From positions 1,152,001 through 1,216,000 of the forward strand of contig CAVWLP010000003.1 in NCBI GenBank assembly GCA_963755915.1: 64,000 nt of DNA, written 5' to 3'. Below, piece after piece: positions 9,470 to 20,124 of this stretch; position 1 is the first letter of the stretch; each line of letters opens with the position of its first letter. Position numbers and translations under genes: made by a program. The DNA is from an uncultured Phycisphaerales bacterium. GTDB lineage: Bacteria > Planctomycetota > Phycisphaerae > Tepidisphaerales > Tepidisphaeraceae. The notes under the pieces are model-generated. The model did not search any database. It had not been told where the DNA came from and saw only the letters and a list, made by a program, of their open reading frames with translations.

Positions 9470-9710
9470 GGAAACTAAAGGCGTCACGATCCATAAACCA
9501 CAAAATACCGCATAGGTGGCCGACGGACTCCACGCAAGCCCCGTCCGAACCGCAAATTCCCGACAAACTGAACACTTTTCTGAGCGCCAAAACCGGATAC
9601 AGCCGGCAATACGCCCAACCGATTACCCCATCAATACATACCGCGGCGACAAAAGCTAGCATTCACTAATCATTTTTCAAAAGTGTCAGATTCTGTCAGA
9701 TTCTGTTCAG
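9470..9710 (+). repeat. ~240-bp non-coding repeat, copy 1
   Basis: Aligns end to end in inverted orientation with 18062-18095 + 19628-19836; 27-bp identical block 9646-9672 / 19633-19659. Confidence 0.85.
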
Positions 9711-9728
9711 CCCCCTTCTCAAGGCCAT

Positions 9729-11225
9729 CTATCCCCGAGACTTAATGCGCAGCCCGCGCGGAACCACGCACCTCTCAAGTAATCCAAACCCCCCTTGAAC
9801 CAGTAGCGCCAGGATCGCGGCCGGCACCGCGCCCATAAGCAGCAGCCGGTTATCCGCCAGGCGTATTCCGGTCAGAATCGGTTGCCCATACCCGCCGGCG
9901 CCGATCAATGCCCCGATCGTCGCCGTCCCCACGTTGATGACCGCCGCGGTCTTGATCCCGGCAAGAATCGACGGCGACGCCAACGGCAGTTCAATTTTTC
10001 GCAGCCGCGCGCTCGGCGACAGCCCCAGCACGATCGCGCTTTCGCGCAGCCCCGGCGCGATTCCCGACAAGCCCGCATGCGTGTTCCGCACGATCGGCAA
10101 AAGCCCGTACAGAAACAGTGCGACAATGGCCGGCAATGTCCCAATCCCAAACAGCGGAATCATGAATACCAGCAGCGCCAGCGACGGGATCGTATAAATG
10201 ACCGCGACCACGGCCAGAATAACCTGGCCAGGCCTGGGAAATAGGAACGCAAGAACCCCAAGCGGAATCGCGACGATGATCGACGCCGTCAGCGACACCC
10301 CGACGAGCTGCAGGTGCTCGCACGTGCGCAGGAGCAGTTGCATGGTCATGCTTTGAACCCGCGGGTCGCTCTTCAACTGGAACCGGGACAGAAGGAATTG
10401 AGATGCAACCTCCGCCTCAGGCACCTTCTGCAGCTTGCTCAAAGCATTCATCCTGATCATTTGCGACGCGTCGATCGCGCCTTCAAGTCGCTCCACCGCT
10501 TTGACGACCGCCGGTGCGCGATTGAGCAGGTCCAGCCGATAGAGATAGACCGCGTCGTATGCCGTAAACACATGGCGGTCATCATCCAGCACGCGGAAGT
10601 GATAAAATTCAATCTCCGCATCGGTTGAGTACAGGTCGATGACGTCGATCGATCCTGACGCAGCGGCGCGATACGCCAGGTCGTGATCGAGCCCCGTCAC
10701 ATTCGTTTGCGGCAGGGCATAGGTCGTTTTCAGAATCGGCCACCCATCCTTGCGATTAAGAAACTCGTTGCTGAACCCGAAACGAAGTGAGGGGTGCTGG
10801 CGTAGATCGCTGATCGAGCGAAGATTCAATTGACCAGCCAGCGCCTCAGGAACACCCAGCGCGTACGTGTCATTAAACCCAAGCGGGCGAGTCATTCCGA
10901 TTCCGCGCTGACGCAGCGCCGATTCGATCGCCGCGGTATCCGCGGCCGTGCCGGGAATCAGCTCCTGAATGATCGTCCCGGTGTATTCCGGATAGATGTC
11001 GATATCCCCCGCCCGAAGCGCTTCCCACAGCACCCGCGTGCCGCCAAGCTGGCTGCGATGAATCGTTGGAACCCCCGCATTGTTGCCAAGCTGCGTGGCT
11101 AGCTCGCCAAGGATGACGCTCTCAGTAAAAACCTTTGACCCCACCCGCACGGTTTCAGCCGCAAACGCCGATGTTGCCATCAGGATCGTCGCGCAAAACA
11201 TGAACACTGTCTGGGAAGCCCTCAC
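9729..11225 (-). CDS. Betaine-type (OsmF/OpuAC-like) ABC transporter, binding domain fused to permease; candidate ergothioneine importer
   Basis: Signal peptide, VGSKVFTESVILGE, DIYPEYTGT, YSTD, then a permease with TIPSLALL and IGAGGYG; divergent from egtB/egtD. Confidence 0.88.
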   Translation of the reverse strand: MRASQTVFMFCATILMATSAFAAETVRVGSKVFTESVILGELATQLGNNAGVPTIHRSQLGGTRVLWEALRAGDIDIYPEYTGTIIQELIPGTAADTAAIESALRQRGIGMTRPLGFNDTYALGVPEALAGQLNLRSISDLRQHPSLRFGFSNEFLNRKDGWPILKTTYALPQTNVTGLDHDLAYRAAASGSIDVIDLYSTDAEIEFYHFRVLDDDRHVFTAYDAVYLYRLDLLNRAPAVVKAVERLEGAIDASQMIRMNALSKLQKVPEAEVASQFLLSRFQLKSDPRVQSMTMQLLLRTCEHLQLVGVSLTASIIVAIPLGVLAFLFPRPGQVILAVVAVIYTIPSLALLVFMIPLFGIGTLPAIVALFLYGLLPIVRNTHAGLSGIAPGLRESAIVLGLSPSARLRKIELPLASPSILAGIKTAAVINVGTATIGALIGAGGYGQPILTGIRLADNRLLLMGAVPAAILALLVQGGFGLLERCVVPRGLRIKSRG

Positions 11226-11977
11226 GGCTGCACCGCGGTCAATTGTTGCGCCCGCACAAACTGACGAACAAAATCATCAGCCGGGTTGTCCTGCAATTCG
11301 CTCATCGAGCCGGTTTGGACGACTCGACCATTTCGCAGAAGCACAAATCGGTCGGAAAAAAAGGCCGCCTCGGCCAAATCATGGGTGATTAAGAGGACGG
11401 TCTTGTGAAGCCGCGAAAATATCTTCGCCAGATCCTGCTGAAGTTCCGCCCGAACGATTGGGTCCAATGCCCCCAGCGGCTCGTCGAGCAACAAAACATC
11501 CGCGTCGAGCATAAGGGCTCGAACGAGTGCAACACGCTGTCGTTCGCCGCCGGACATTTCACCGGGATACCGTGCGAGAACCAGCGGCGACAATCGGACG
11601 AGTTCAAGCAACTCGTCAATGCGCGCTGCAATCTCGCTCTTGGACCAGCCAAGGTGCGCCGCCATCAACGACACATTGGAACGCCCGGTCAGGTGTGGAA
11701 AGAGGCCGCCGTCCTGAATGACGTAGCCGATGCGTTGCCTCAGTGCGCGGATTGACCCGCGGCTGATGTCCTCATCGCGGAAATAGACGACTCCCGCATC
11801 CGGTTTTACCAGCCCGGTGAGCAGTCCACACAGGGTCGATTTACCGCTGCCACTGGGGCCAATAAGCGCTGTGGTATTGCCGGCCGTTATTGTGAGGCTA
11901 ACACCATCCAGCACTTGTTCGCCGCCATACGACTTGGAAACTGAATCGATTCGGAACATGCGTGGGAGATTAGGCAA
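11222..11977 (-). CDS. ABC transporter ATP-binding subunit (OpuBA/EgtV-like)
   Basis: GPSGSGKS, IGYVIQDGGLFPH, MSGGERQR, LLLDEP. Confidence 0.93.
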   Translation of the reverse strand: MPNLPRMFRIDSVSKSYGGEQVLDGVSLTITAGNTTALIGPSGSGKSTLCGLLTGLVKPDAGVVYFRDEDISRGSIRALRQRIGYVIQDGGLFPHLTGRSNVSLMAAHLGWSKSEIAARIDELLELVRLSPLVLARYPGEMSGGERQRVALVRALMLDADVLLLDEPLGALDPIVRAELQQDLAKIFSRLHKTVLLITHDLAEAAFFSDRFVLLRNGRVVQTGSMSELQDNPADDFVRQFVRAQQLTAVQP

Positions 11978-12037
11978 GGTTGCAAGGTTGCTAGATAGAG
12001 CTTACCACAAAAATAAGGCACCCCGGCAGCGCCGAAA

Positions 12038-12081
12038 TTGGACTTTAGTATCGAATCGTCCCTTTCAATACTTAGGTCCAA
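12038..12081. promoter_or_regulatory. Inverted operator-like pair in the divergent egtB / ABC promoter region
   Basis: TTGGACTTTAGTAT (12038-51) and ATACTTAGGTCCAA (12068-81) match 12/14 as an inverted repeat. Confidence 0.45.
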
Positions 12082-12137
12082 TAGCCTTCTCTCCTCGGAT
12101 GCCTAACCTCCTATCAACTCACATCGAAGGAGGTCCC

Positions 12138-13426
12138 ATGCGATCGCAACCGGTGAAGGCAGCAACATCGAGGCTGAATGCGAAATATCAAACCGTGCGA
12201 TCGGCGACCCGCTCTATTGCCGACAGTCTTTCCGCTGAAGACCAGATGATCCAGTCATGCCCGGAAGCCAGTCCGGTCAAATGGCATCAGGCGCATACAA
12301 CGTGGTTCTTTGAGACGTTCGTGCTGCGCGAGTTCCTCAAGGATTACGAACCCTTCCGCGATAAGTTCCGCTGGCTCTTCAACAGCTATTACAACTCGCT
12401 CGGCGATGAGATTGTCGAGAAAAAACTTCGCGCTTCGTTTTCCCGCCCTTCACTCGAGGAGGTCGTCGCGTTCCGGGCACACGTTGACAAGGCGATGGAA
12501 AGACTTCTCGCAAACCCGGTTGATGACGAACCGGCGCGGAGAATCGTTTTGGGTCTGAACCACGAGCAGCAGCACCAGGAGCTTGCCCTGACTGATATCA
12601 AGCATGCGTTCTTCTCGAATCCGCTCCATCCTTCGTTCGCCGCCGATCCCCTGTTGGGAGAAACGGATCTTCCCGCGGCTAAGCTCCAATGGCACTCCTT
12701 CAAGGGAGGGCTGATCGAAATTGGTTATCCACTTCAGACTGCGGATCCGCTGGACTTTTGCTTCGATAACGAAACTCCCCGGCACAAGGTGTATCTGCAA
12801 CCGTTTCAGATCGCCAACCGCCAAGTCACCTGCGGCGAATATCTGGAATTCATGGCGGATGGCGCATACGGACGCCCCGAATTCTGGCTCTCGGCCGGCT
12901 GGGAAACCGTGAAGACCAAAGGGTGGCAGGCGCCCCTCTATTGGCAACGCGATGCAAGTGACAAGACCGGCTGGCGCGTCTTCACGCTACGGGGCTGGAC
13001 GGGGCTCTCCACGCTGATTGATCTGCCGGTGTGTCACATCAGCTTGTTCGAAGCTGATGCATTCGCACGCTGGCGGGGCTGCCGACTTCCAATGGAAGCG
13101 GAATGGGAATGCGTCGCGAGCGAATCGCCGCCAAACGGAAATTTATTGGACACCGGAAGGCTGCACCCCGCAAAGGCGCGCGGCACGGGCATCCAGCAAC
13201 TCTTCGGCGACTGCTGGGAGTGGACGGCCAGCGCTTACACCGGTTATCCGGGATATAAACCTCTCCCCGGTGCTCTGGCGAATACAACGGCAAATTTATG
13301 TCCGGCCAGATGGTTCTCCGCGGAGGATCCTGCGTCACACCCGCGGATCACATCCGCGCTGCGTATCGAAACTTCTTTCAACCCGAAACCCGGTGGCAAT
13401 TCTCCGGCCTGCGTTTGGCAAAATAG
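12138..13426 (+). CDS. egtB: Ergothioneine sulfoxide synthase EgtB (one frameshift near 13277)
   Basis: [38 protein letters not shown]; the shifted frame continues EYNGKFM...LRGGSC...[20 protein letters not shown]. Confidence 0.9.
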
Positions 13427-13441
13427 GAAGGATTCACTCAC

Positions 13442-14440
13442 ATGGCTGCATACGCTCTCGGTCCCGACTTAAAACGCCCCGCCGCGCTCAGTGCGCGCGA
13501 CATGCTGATCCGCGAAGTCCATCGCGGCATGCGCGGGCGGCCCCGATCTCTTACCCCGTGGATGTTCTATGACGCCCGCGGCTCCCGCATCTTTGAATGT
13601 ATCACCCAGCTCCAGGAGTATTACCCGACACGCATGGAGCGCAACATCCTGACCAGCTTTTCCCACGACATCATTGCCGCCGCCTGCTGCAACCGATCAA
13701 AGGCCATGCGTCTCGTGGAGCTGGGCGCGGGCACTGCTTCGAAGACCACCCTCCTCCTCAATGCCGCCGCGAGATTACAAAATGAAGTGCTCTACGCACC
13801 AATCGATGTCTCGCCCGATGCCCTTGAGGTTGCGCGTGAAAAGATCGCAGCCTCCTCCCCGGAAGTGTGCGTCTCGCCGATTGTCGCCAACTATGTGACG
13901 GATCCGCCCCAGCTCGAATCCTACGAGGGGGTAACCCTGGGGTTATACATCGGTTCAAGCATCGGCAATTTCGAGGCCGAAGAGCGGCTGACCATCCTTC
14001 GCAATCTGAGAAGTCAGCTTCAAGCCGGCGATGCGCTCCTGCTCGGTGTCGACATGGTCAAAGACGAACCCACTCTGGTGGCTGCCTATGACGACAGCGA
14101 CGGGGTCACGGCAGAATTCAACCTGAACATCCTAAGTCGTCTCAATCGGGAGCTTGGCGCTGATTTTATTCCCGCGAACTTCCGTCATCGCATTGTCTGG
14201 AGTTCCGAGCGATCGCGCATCGAGATGCACCTGGAAAGCACCTGCGGCCAATGGGTACGCATTCCCGCCGCCGAGGTCGAGGTTTATTTCAAGAAACACG
14301 AAACCATCCATACCGAGAACAGTTACAAGTTCACCAGGGAGACCATCCAGGCTCTTCTCCGCGACGCCGGCTTTGAGGTTGAACATACCTGGAAAGACAG
14401 GCTCGGGTGGTACTCGGTTACGCTCGCGCGCACCCACTAA
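13442..14440 (+). CDS. egtD: Histidine N-alpha-trimethyltransferase EgtD
   Basis: FYDARGSRIFE.IT.L.EYYPTR.E, ELGAG..SKT, GSSIGNF, AYDD..GVTAEFN, IHTENSYKF. Confidence 0.93.
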   Translation: MAAYALGPDLKRPAALSARDMLIREVHRGMRGRPRSLTPWMFYDARGSRIFECITQLQEYYPTRMERNILTSFSHDIIAAACCNRSKAMRLVELGAGTASKTTLLLNAAARLQNEVLYAPIDVSPDALEVAREKIAASSPEVCVSPIVANYVTDPPQLESYEGVTLGLYIGSSIGNFEAEERLTILRNLRSQLQAGDALLLGVDMVKDEPTLVAAYDDSDGVTAEFNLNILSRLNRELGADFIPANFRHRIVWSSERSRIEMHLESTCGQWVRIPAAEVEVYFKKHETIHTENSYKFTRETIQALLRDAGFEVEHTWKDRLGWYSVTLARTH

Positions 14441-14471
14441 AGAACTTTAGGAGAGCACCAGAGGAGAACAC

Positions 14472-14855
14472 ATGGAAACTCAGAACAACCGCATTGCCCT
14501 GGACCAGCACTGGGCGGCATCGGCATCGGGAGACCTGGAAACCGAACACCAGATCTACGACGACAACGTCCTCTGCGAATATCCCCAGTCGGGGGAAAAA
14601 ATCCGGGGCCGCAAAAACATCCAGGCTTTGCGCGGACACCATCCCGCAAAACCAAGCGGCTTCCAGATCCGCCGCATCGTCGGCATTAACGATCTGTGGG
14701 TCACCGAGTACGTCATCAATTACACAACCTCGGTTGTCCAGACCGTCAGCATCATGGAGTTCCAAAACGGCAAGGTGATCCATGAAACCCAATACTTTGC
14801 CGAACCCTTCCAAGCGCCCGCATGGCGTTCGCAATGGGTGGAGCAGGGCAAATAG
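14472..14855 (+). CDS. SnoaL/NTF2-like protein
   Basis: EHQIYDD.VL.EYPQSGE.IRGR, IMEFQNGKV..ETQYFAEPF.AP.WR. Confidence 0.8.
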   Translation: METQNNRIALDQHWAASASGDLETEHQIYDDNVLCEYPQSGEKIRGRKNIQALRGHHPAKPSGFQIRRIVGINDLWVTEYVINYTTSVVQTVSIMEFQNGKVIHETQYFAEPFQAPAWRSQWVEQGK

Positions 14856-14870
14856 CGCAGGTGATCGCTT

Positions 14871-16252
14871 ATGGAACACTTTGACGCCATCGTCATCGGC
14901 TCGGGACAGGCGGGAACACCGCTCTCCATCGCCCTCGGCGAGGCCGGACGAAAAACCGCTCTCATCGAGAGCCAGCATTACGGCGGCACCTGCATCAATG
15001 TGGGTTGCACGCCCACAAAAACGATGGTCGCCAGCGCCCGCGTCGCATACCTCGCCCGGCGTGCCGCCGACTTTGGCATTCGATGCGGCCCGGTCAGCGT
15101 TGATTTGGCGCAAATCCGCCGGCGCAAGCAGGCCATTGTGGACGATTTCCGCGCGGGGTGCAGCGCCGCCTGAAAAATGCCCGGAACCTGGAGCTCATCG
15201 ACGGCGAAGGGCGCTTCACCGCTTCCAAGGTCGTCGAGGTAACGCTCACTGCCGGCGGCAATCGAACAATGACCGCGGACAACATTTTCATCAACACCGG
15301 CGATCGATCCGCACAACCCCGCATCGCCGGCCTCGATTCGGTGAAAACTCTCGACTCCACCTCCATCATGGAGCTGGAAGTGCTGCCGGAGCATCTGCTG
15401 GTTTTAGGGGGCGGCGATGTCGGCCTGGAATTCGGCCAGATGTTTCGCCGCTTCGGCAGTGCTGTCACCATCGTGGCCCGCCGCAACCAGCTCCTGGGTC
15501 GGGAAGACCCCGACGTTGCCGCCGAAGTTTCCAAGGTGCTGCAGACGGATGGCATTGAAATTCTGCTCGAAACCGAAGTGCTCGGCGTGCATTCCAGCGC
15601 TTCCGGCGTCGAATTACAGTTTCGCGGACCTGCTGGCGAGCGCACCGTTGCCGGGTCCCACCTCCTGGTCGCCATGGGACGCGTGCCGAACAGCGAGCAC
15701 CTGAACCTCCCCGCCACCGGCGTAAACGTCGACGCCCACGGATTCATTCCGGTAGACGATCGGCTTCAGACGAACATTCCCGGTGTGTACGCTTTGGGAG
15801 ACGTCAAAGGCGGCCCCGCCTTCACCCACATCTCCTACGACGATTATCGCATCATCCGCAACAACCTGCTTCGGGAGGGAAAGGCGTCGATAAAGGATCG
15901 GCTGGTTCCCTACACCGTCTTTATCGACCCACAGCTTGGCCGGATCGGTCTGACCGAGCAGGAGGCGCGGGCACAGGGCCGCGCGATCCGCGTCGCCAAG
16001 ATTCCGATGACCTGGGTTGCGCGGGCCATAGAAACCGCCGAGACCCGCGGGTTCATCAAGGCCGTCGTCGATGCCAACACCCGGCAGATCCTCGGCGCCG
16101 CCGTCCTGGGCATCGAAGGGGGTGAAATCATGTCGATGCTTGAAATCGCCATGATGGGCAACCTTCCCTATACCGCTCTGGAAGACGGCGTCTTCGCACA
16201 CCCCGCCCTCGCGGAGGGATTGAACACGCTCTTCATGAACATGGAAAAATGA
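14871..16252 (+). CDS. Flavoprotein disulfide reductase, RclA / mercuric-reductase-like (frameshift near 15157)
   Basis: [40 protein letters not shown], spread across two ORFs. Confidence 0.88.
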
Positions 16253-18023
16253 ATTCGCAGATGCCAAGGCTGTTGTCCGTCAACGTGGGTCGGCCCCGCG
16301 AAATCGCCTGGCGCGAAAAGACGGTTTGCACGTCTGTCTGGAAGGCGCCGGTGGTCGGACGGCGACTGGTGCGCCGGCTCAATATCGACGGCGACGCCCA
16401 GGGAGATCTGCACGGCCACGGCGGCGAACACCGCGCCGTCCTGGTTTACCAAATCGATTCCTACCACTACTGGCAACGCGAACTGAATCGAAACGATTTC
16501 ACCTTCGGACAATTCGGCGAAAACTTCACCGTCGATGGCCTGCCCGACAACGAAGTCTCCATCGGCGACCGCTTCCGCATCGGCGCAGCGGAGTTTGAAG
16601 TCACCCAGCCCCGCGTCACCTGCTACCGCGTTGGCATACGAATGAACGAGCCCCGGATGGCGGCTTTGCTGGTCGGCCATCATCGGCCGGGATTCTATCT
16701 CCGCGTCCTCAAGGAGGGAGATGTAGGGGCCGGCGACGAAATCGTGAAAATCGCCGACGGCCCCGAACGCCTTTCGGTCACCGCGTGCGATGCACTTCTC
16801 TATCTTCCCGGAGCAACCAGGGAAGACCTCGAGCGGGCTTTGCGCATCCCCGCCCTGAGCCCCGGATGGAAGTCTTCCTTTGAGGCGATTCTCCGGCAAA
16901 TGGCGCAGCCGGGCTCGAACACGGGGAATGCCGGATTAACTTCGTCCGAGCAGAGGGTCACAGCCGCCCCGGGGTTCCGGCCACTGAAGGTGGCGAGAAT
17001 CGATCGGGAGTGCAAGAGCATCGTCTCCATTGTGCTGGGGCCGGTAGACAGTCCCCCTCTGACCGTGCCATTGCCCGGGCAGTTCGTGGTGATACGGCTT
17101 CCCCGGGAAGCTGATGGGCCGCAGGTTTCGCGCAGCTATTCGCTTTCCGGTCCGCCGGATGCGGATCGTTATCGCCTCACCATTAAGCAGGAGCCGAACG
17201 GAGTTGTCGGCACGTTCGTGAGCACGCAGCTTCGCACCGGCGATCTCCTCGATGTCAGCGCACCCGCGGGGCGTTCATCCTCCAGCCGGGCGATCTCCCG
17301 GTGGTGCTGCTGAGCGCCGGCGTGGGTGTTACTCCGGTAATGGCCATGCTCCACGCGCTGGCAGCACAGGCGTCGCCGCGCCCGGTCTGGTGGATACAAG
17401 GAGCGCGCAGCGGTCTGGATCATCCCTTTGCGCAGGAAGTACGTGACCTCCTGATCAAGCTGCCTCACGCGCGGCGGTGTATTGCATATAGCCGGCCCGA
17501 AGCAACGGATCGGCCAGGCATCGACTTCGATAGCACCGGCCGGCTGAGCGTCGCAGTCCTCGAAAAACTGGGCGTGCCCCGCGAAGCGGATTTTTATCTC
17601 TGCGGCCCCGGCCCCTTCATGGACGAATTCACCACTGGCCTCAAGTCCTGGGGCGTGGCCCCAAATTCCATCCATACGGAGATCTTCGGTTCGGCCGGCG
17701 CCATTACGCCGGGTATTAACGATGCGCCGCGACGGATGCCGCACGCGCCTGTGGGATCGCCCGGCAATGGTCCAAAGATCTCCTTCGCACGTGCCGGTCT
17801 GACCGTCTCCTGGGAATCGAGATTTCAGAGCCTGCTGGAGTTGGCGGAGGCGTGCGATGTTCCGGTGCGGTTCGCCTGCCGGAGCGGGGTTTGCCATACC
17901 TGCGAATCGGGGTTGATTTCGGGGTCGGTGAAGTATGATCCCGATCCGCTGGAGCCGCCGGCGGCTGGGAACCTGTTGATCTGCTGCTCGCGACCCGAAG
18001 GGGACGTGGTAATCGACATCTAG
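16249..18023 (+). CDS. MOSC + 3-alpha + FAD/NAD-binding reductase + 2Fe-2S ferredoxin fusion (frameshift near 17265)
   Basis: GDAQGDL..HGG..RAV, FGENFT, QPRVTCYR, RSYSLS, SAGVGVTP, CGP, CRSGVCHTC...CC. Confidence 0.88.
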
Positions 18024-18095
18024 GTCTAGTAAGTCGAGGGGGGCACACGGATTAGGCGAAACTGAACAGAACTGAACAAAACTGAACACTTTTTG

Positions 18096-19618
18096 CAATA
18101 GTGTCCGGAACGCAGGCTCACAAATAACACGATCTTGCGCTTGCGCGAAGCAGCGTTTTGTGGTTCACTGCCGCCACGTGCACGCGGACCTTTGCCCAGC
18201 TTCTGGATTGCCCGCCAAGCCGGGACGAAAGCCGCGGCCGGCGGTGCGGGGGGAGGATTTGTTCGGCGGCAAGTACGTCGGTATTTTGCAGGATCATCTG
18301 GCCCGCCTGCGGGCGGCGCATCCCCACCCCAATCGCACGCTTTTTTATGACGATGTGACCCTTGCCTATCTGCTGGCGTTTTTCACGCCGGCGATTCGCA
18401 GCCTGCGGACGATGGAGGATTTCAGCCAGACCGAGCAGATGCAGGAGCAGCTTTCGGTCGATCGCCTGCCGCGTTCCACGCTTTCCGATGCCAACGCCCT
18501 GTTCGATCCGACGCTGCTGGAGCCGATCATCGAGGAGTTGCGGGCGCGGCTGCCGCACCTGCGTCACGGCGATCCGAAGCTGGCGGAGTTGACCGAGCGG
18601 GTACGGGTGGTGGATGGGTCGCTGTTCACCGTTGCCGCCGACGTGGCCTGGGCGCTGCATCAAAGTCGACCCAACGGAAAGCCCATGGACACGATTCGCC
18701 TGAATCTTCAATGGGCGGCGGGCGTGGGGGTTCCCGAGGGAGTGACGATCAGCGGCGCGGGATGCTCCGAGGCGCAGGCGCTGATGCAGTCCCTGGAGCC
18801 GGGACAGATTTACGTCATGGACCGCGGCTACGTCTGTTTCGAGCTGCTGGAGCGGATCGTACATGCCTGCAGCGATTTTGTGCTCCGGCTCAAGTCAAAC
18901 AACTATTTCATTCCCATCGAAAACAATGACTTGACCCCCAAGTCCCTGCCGCTGAGCGATGAAGACCGCGCTGCCGGCATTCTCAGCGACCGGATCGGAT
19001 ACCTGGGCTCAGAAGGGCCACGCTTTGCTCCTCCGGCGGGAAAATGGCTTCGGGAAGTGACGATCTTCGACCCGGACAAACCCGACAGGCCCCTGCGGCT
19101 GCTGACCAATCTTCTTAACATTCCCGCCCATGTCATCGGTCTGCTCTACCGCTGGCGATGGAAGATCGAGCTGTTTTTCCGCTGGCTGAAAGTGCACGCC
19201 CACTTCCGCCATCTCACCAGCCACAGCAAAAACGGCGTCACCACCGGGTTCTACATCGCGGTCATCGGGGTGCTGTTGATCTATCTGCACACGCAGCGTC
19301 CGGTGAGCAAATATGCCTACGCGATGCTGAGCCTGGTCGCCGCGGGAGGGGCCACGTTGCAAGAGATTATTCCCATCCTGCAGCGCCGAGAACGGGAATG
19401 CGAGCTGCAGCGTCAGCGTGTGGCACGGAAGAAGGCTGAAAAAATCGTCAAGTAAGTCACCGGGGGTTTTTGTTGTCCGGCCGCCGGTGAACGCCGCGGC
19501 ATGCGCTGCAGGAGCAGCGCTGAACCTTCCACGCCGTTGCCCATCGAGGCAACGCAGCCTTTCGAGTGAAAACCCGAAAAATCCCAGCTCTAAGACGCGG
19601 AAGTCCCGGACAATATTG
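18096..19618 (+). mobile_element. IS4-family insertion sequence, complete
   Basis: TIR CAATAGTGTCCGG / CCGGACAATATTG; 9-bp TSD CACTTTTTG at 18087-95 and 19619-27. Confidence 0.92.
18160..19455 (+). CDS. IS4-family DDE transposase
   Basis: VVDGS, VMDRGY, Y-R-W-IE motif (LYRWRWKIELFFRWLK); start uncertain. Confidence 0.92.
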   Translation: MVHCRHVHADLCPASGLPAKPGRKPRPAVRGEDLFGGKYVGILQDHLARLRAAHPHPNRTLFYDDVTLAYLLAFFTPAIRSLRTMEDFSQTEQMQEQLSVDRLPRSTLSDANALFDPTLLEPIIEELRARLPHLRHGDPKLAELTERVRVVDGSLFTVAADVAWALHQSRPNGKPMDTIRLNLQWAAGVGVPEGVTISGAGCSEAQALMQSLEPGQIYVMDRGYVCFELLERIVHACSDFVLRLKSNNYFIPIENNDLTPKSLPLSDEDRAAGILSDRIGYLGSEGPRFAPPAGKWLREVTIFDPDKPDRPLRLLTNLLNIPAHVIGLLYRWRWKIELFFRWLKVHAHFRHLTSHSKNGVTTGFYIAVIGVLLIYLHTQRPVSKYAYAMLSLVAAGGATLQEIIPILQRRERECELQRQRVARKKAEKIVK

Positions 19619-20124
19619 CACTTTTTGGATTTTGATTAGTGAATGCTAGCTTTTGTCGCTGCGGTATGTATTGGTGGGGCAAATGGTTGTGCGCATTTCG
19701 GACTATAGCCGGTTTTGTCGCTCGAAAAAGTGTTCAGTTCTCAGGGAATTGGGGTTTAGGGCGGGGTTTCGTGTGGAATTCGTTGGCTACTTATGCGGTC
19801 TTTTGTGGTTTAAGGTTCCTGACACCTTTAGTTCCCCCAAATCCCAAGTTCTTTTAGTCGAGTTTCTAATCGCAGAAGGGTTGTCACACCCGGACCTTAC
19901 ACTAGGTGCAACCACCTGCATGTGAAGATTCACGCCTGCAGCCGGTAGATTTTTGTAGCTATCCATCTCTCATCACTCTAGGGTGATGATGTACGGCGAG
20001 GGCATTCAATTCAACCGTTGTATTGAATCAACAGTCAAAACCGGACTCCCCCACCTCTACGCGGTTTCACGTGGCGTTTGTCGATCGGATGAAGACCCAT
20101 TTTTTCCCAAAAAGGAAGTGTACT

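Larger units (their letters stand above)
18062..19836 (-). repeat. ~240-bp non-coding repeat, copy 2, split by IS4
   Basis: (AACTGAACAN)x3 at 18060-18089; resumes after the IS at 19628 and ends GGTTCCTGACACCTTTAGTTCCC. Confidence 0.8.

Noticed and set aside
12138-13426. Selenoneine (senA) or ovothiol (ovoA) synthase
   Set aside because: No senB/selD neighbours, no fused methyltransferase; egtD is adjacent
14871-16252. merA mercury resistance
   Set aside because: No C-terminal Cys-Cys pair, no metal-binding N-terminal domain, no mer genes nearby
16500-18000. Replication origin at the skew change
   Set aside because: No DnaA-box cluster or AT-rich unwinding region seen; the change falls inside a gene and the first 1.2 kb is G-rich again
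18060-18089. Short tandem repeats as a CRISPR array (also 6499, 26093, 58935)
   Set aside because: No unique spacers, units too short, no cas genes
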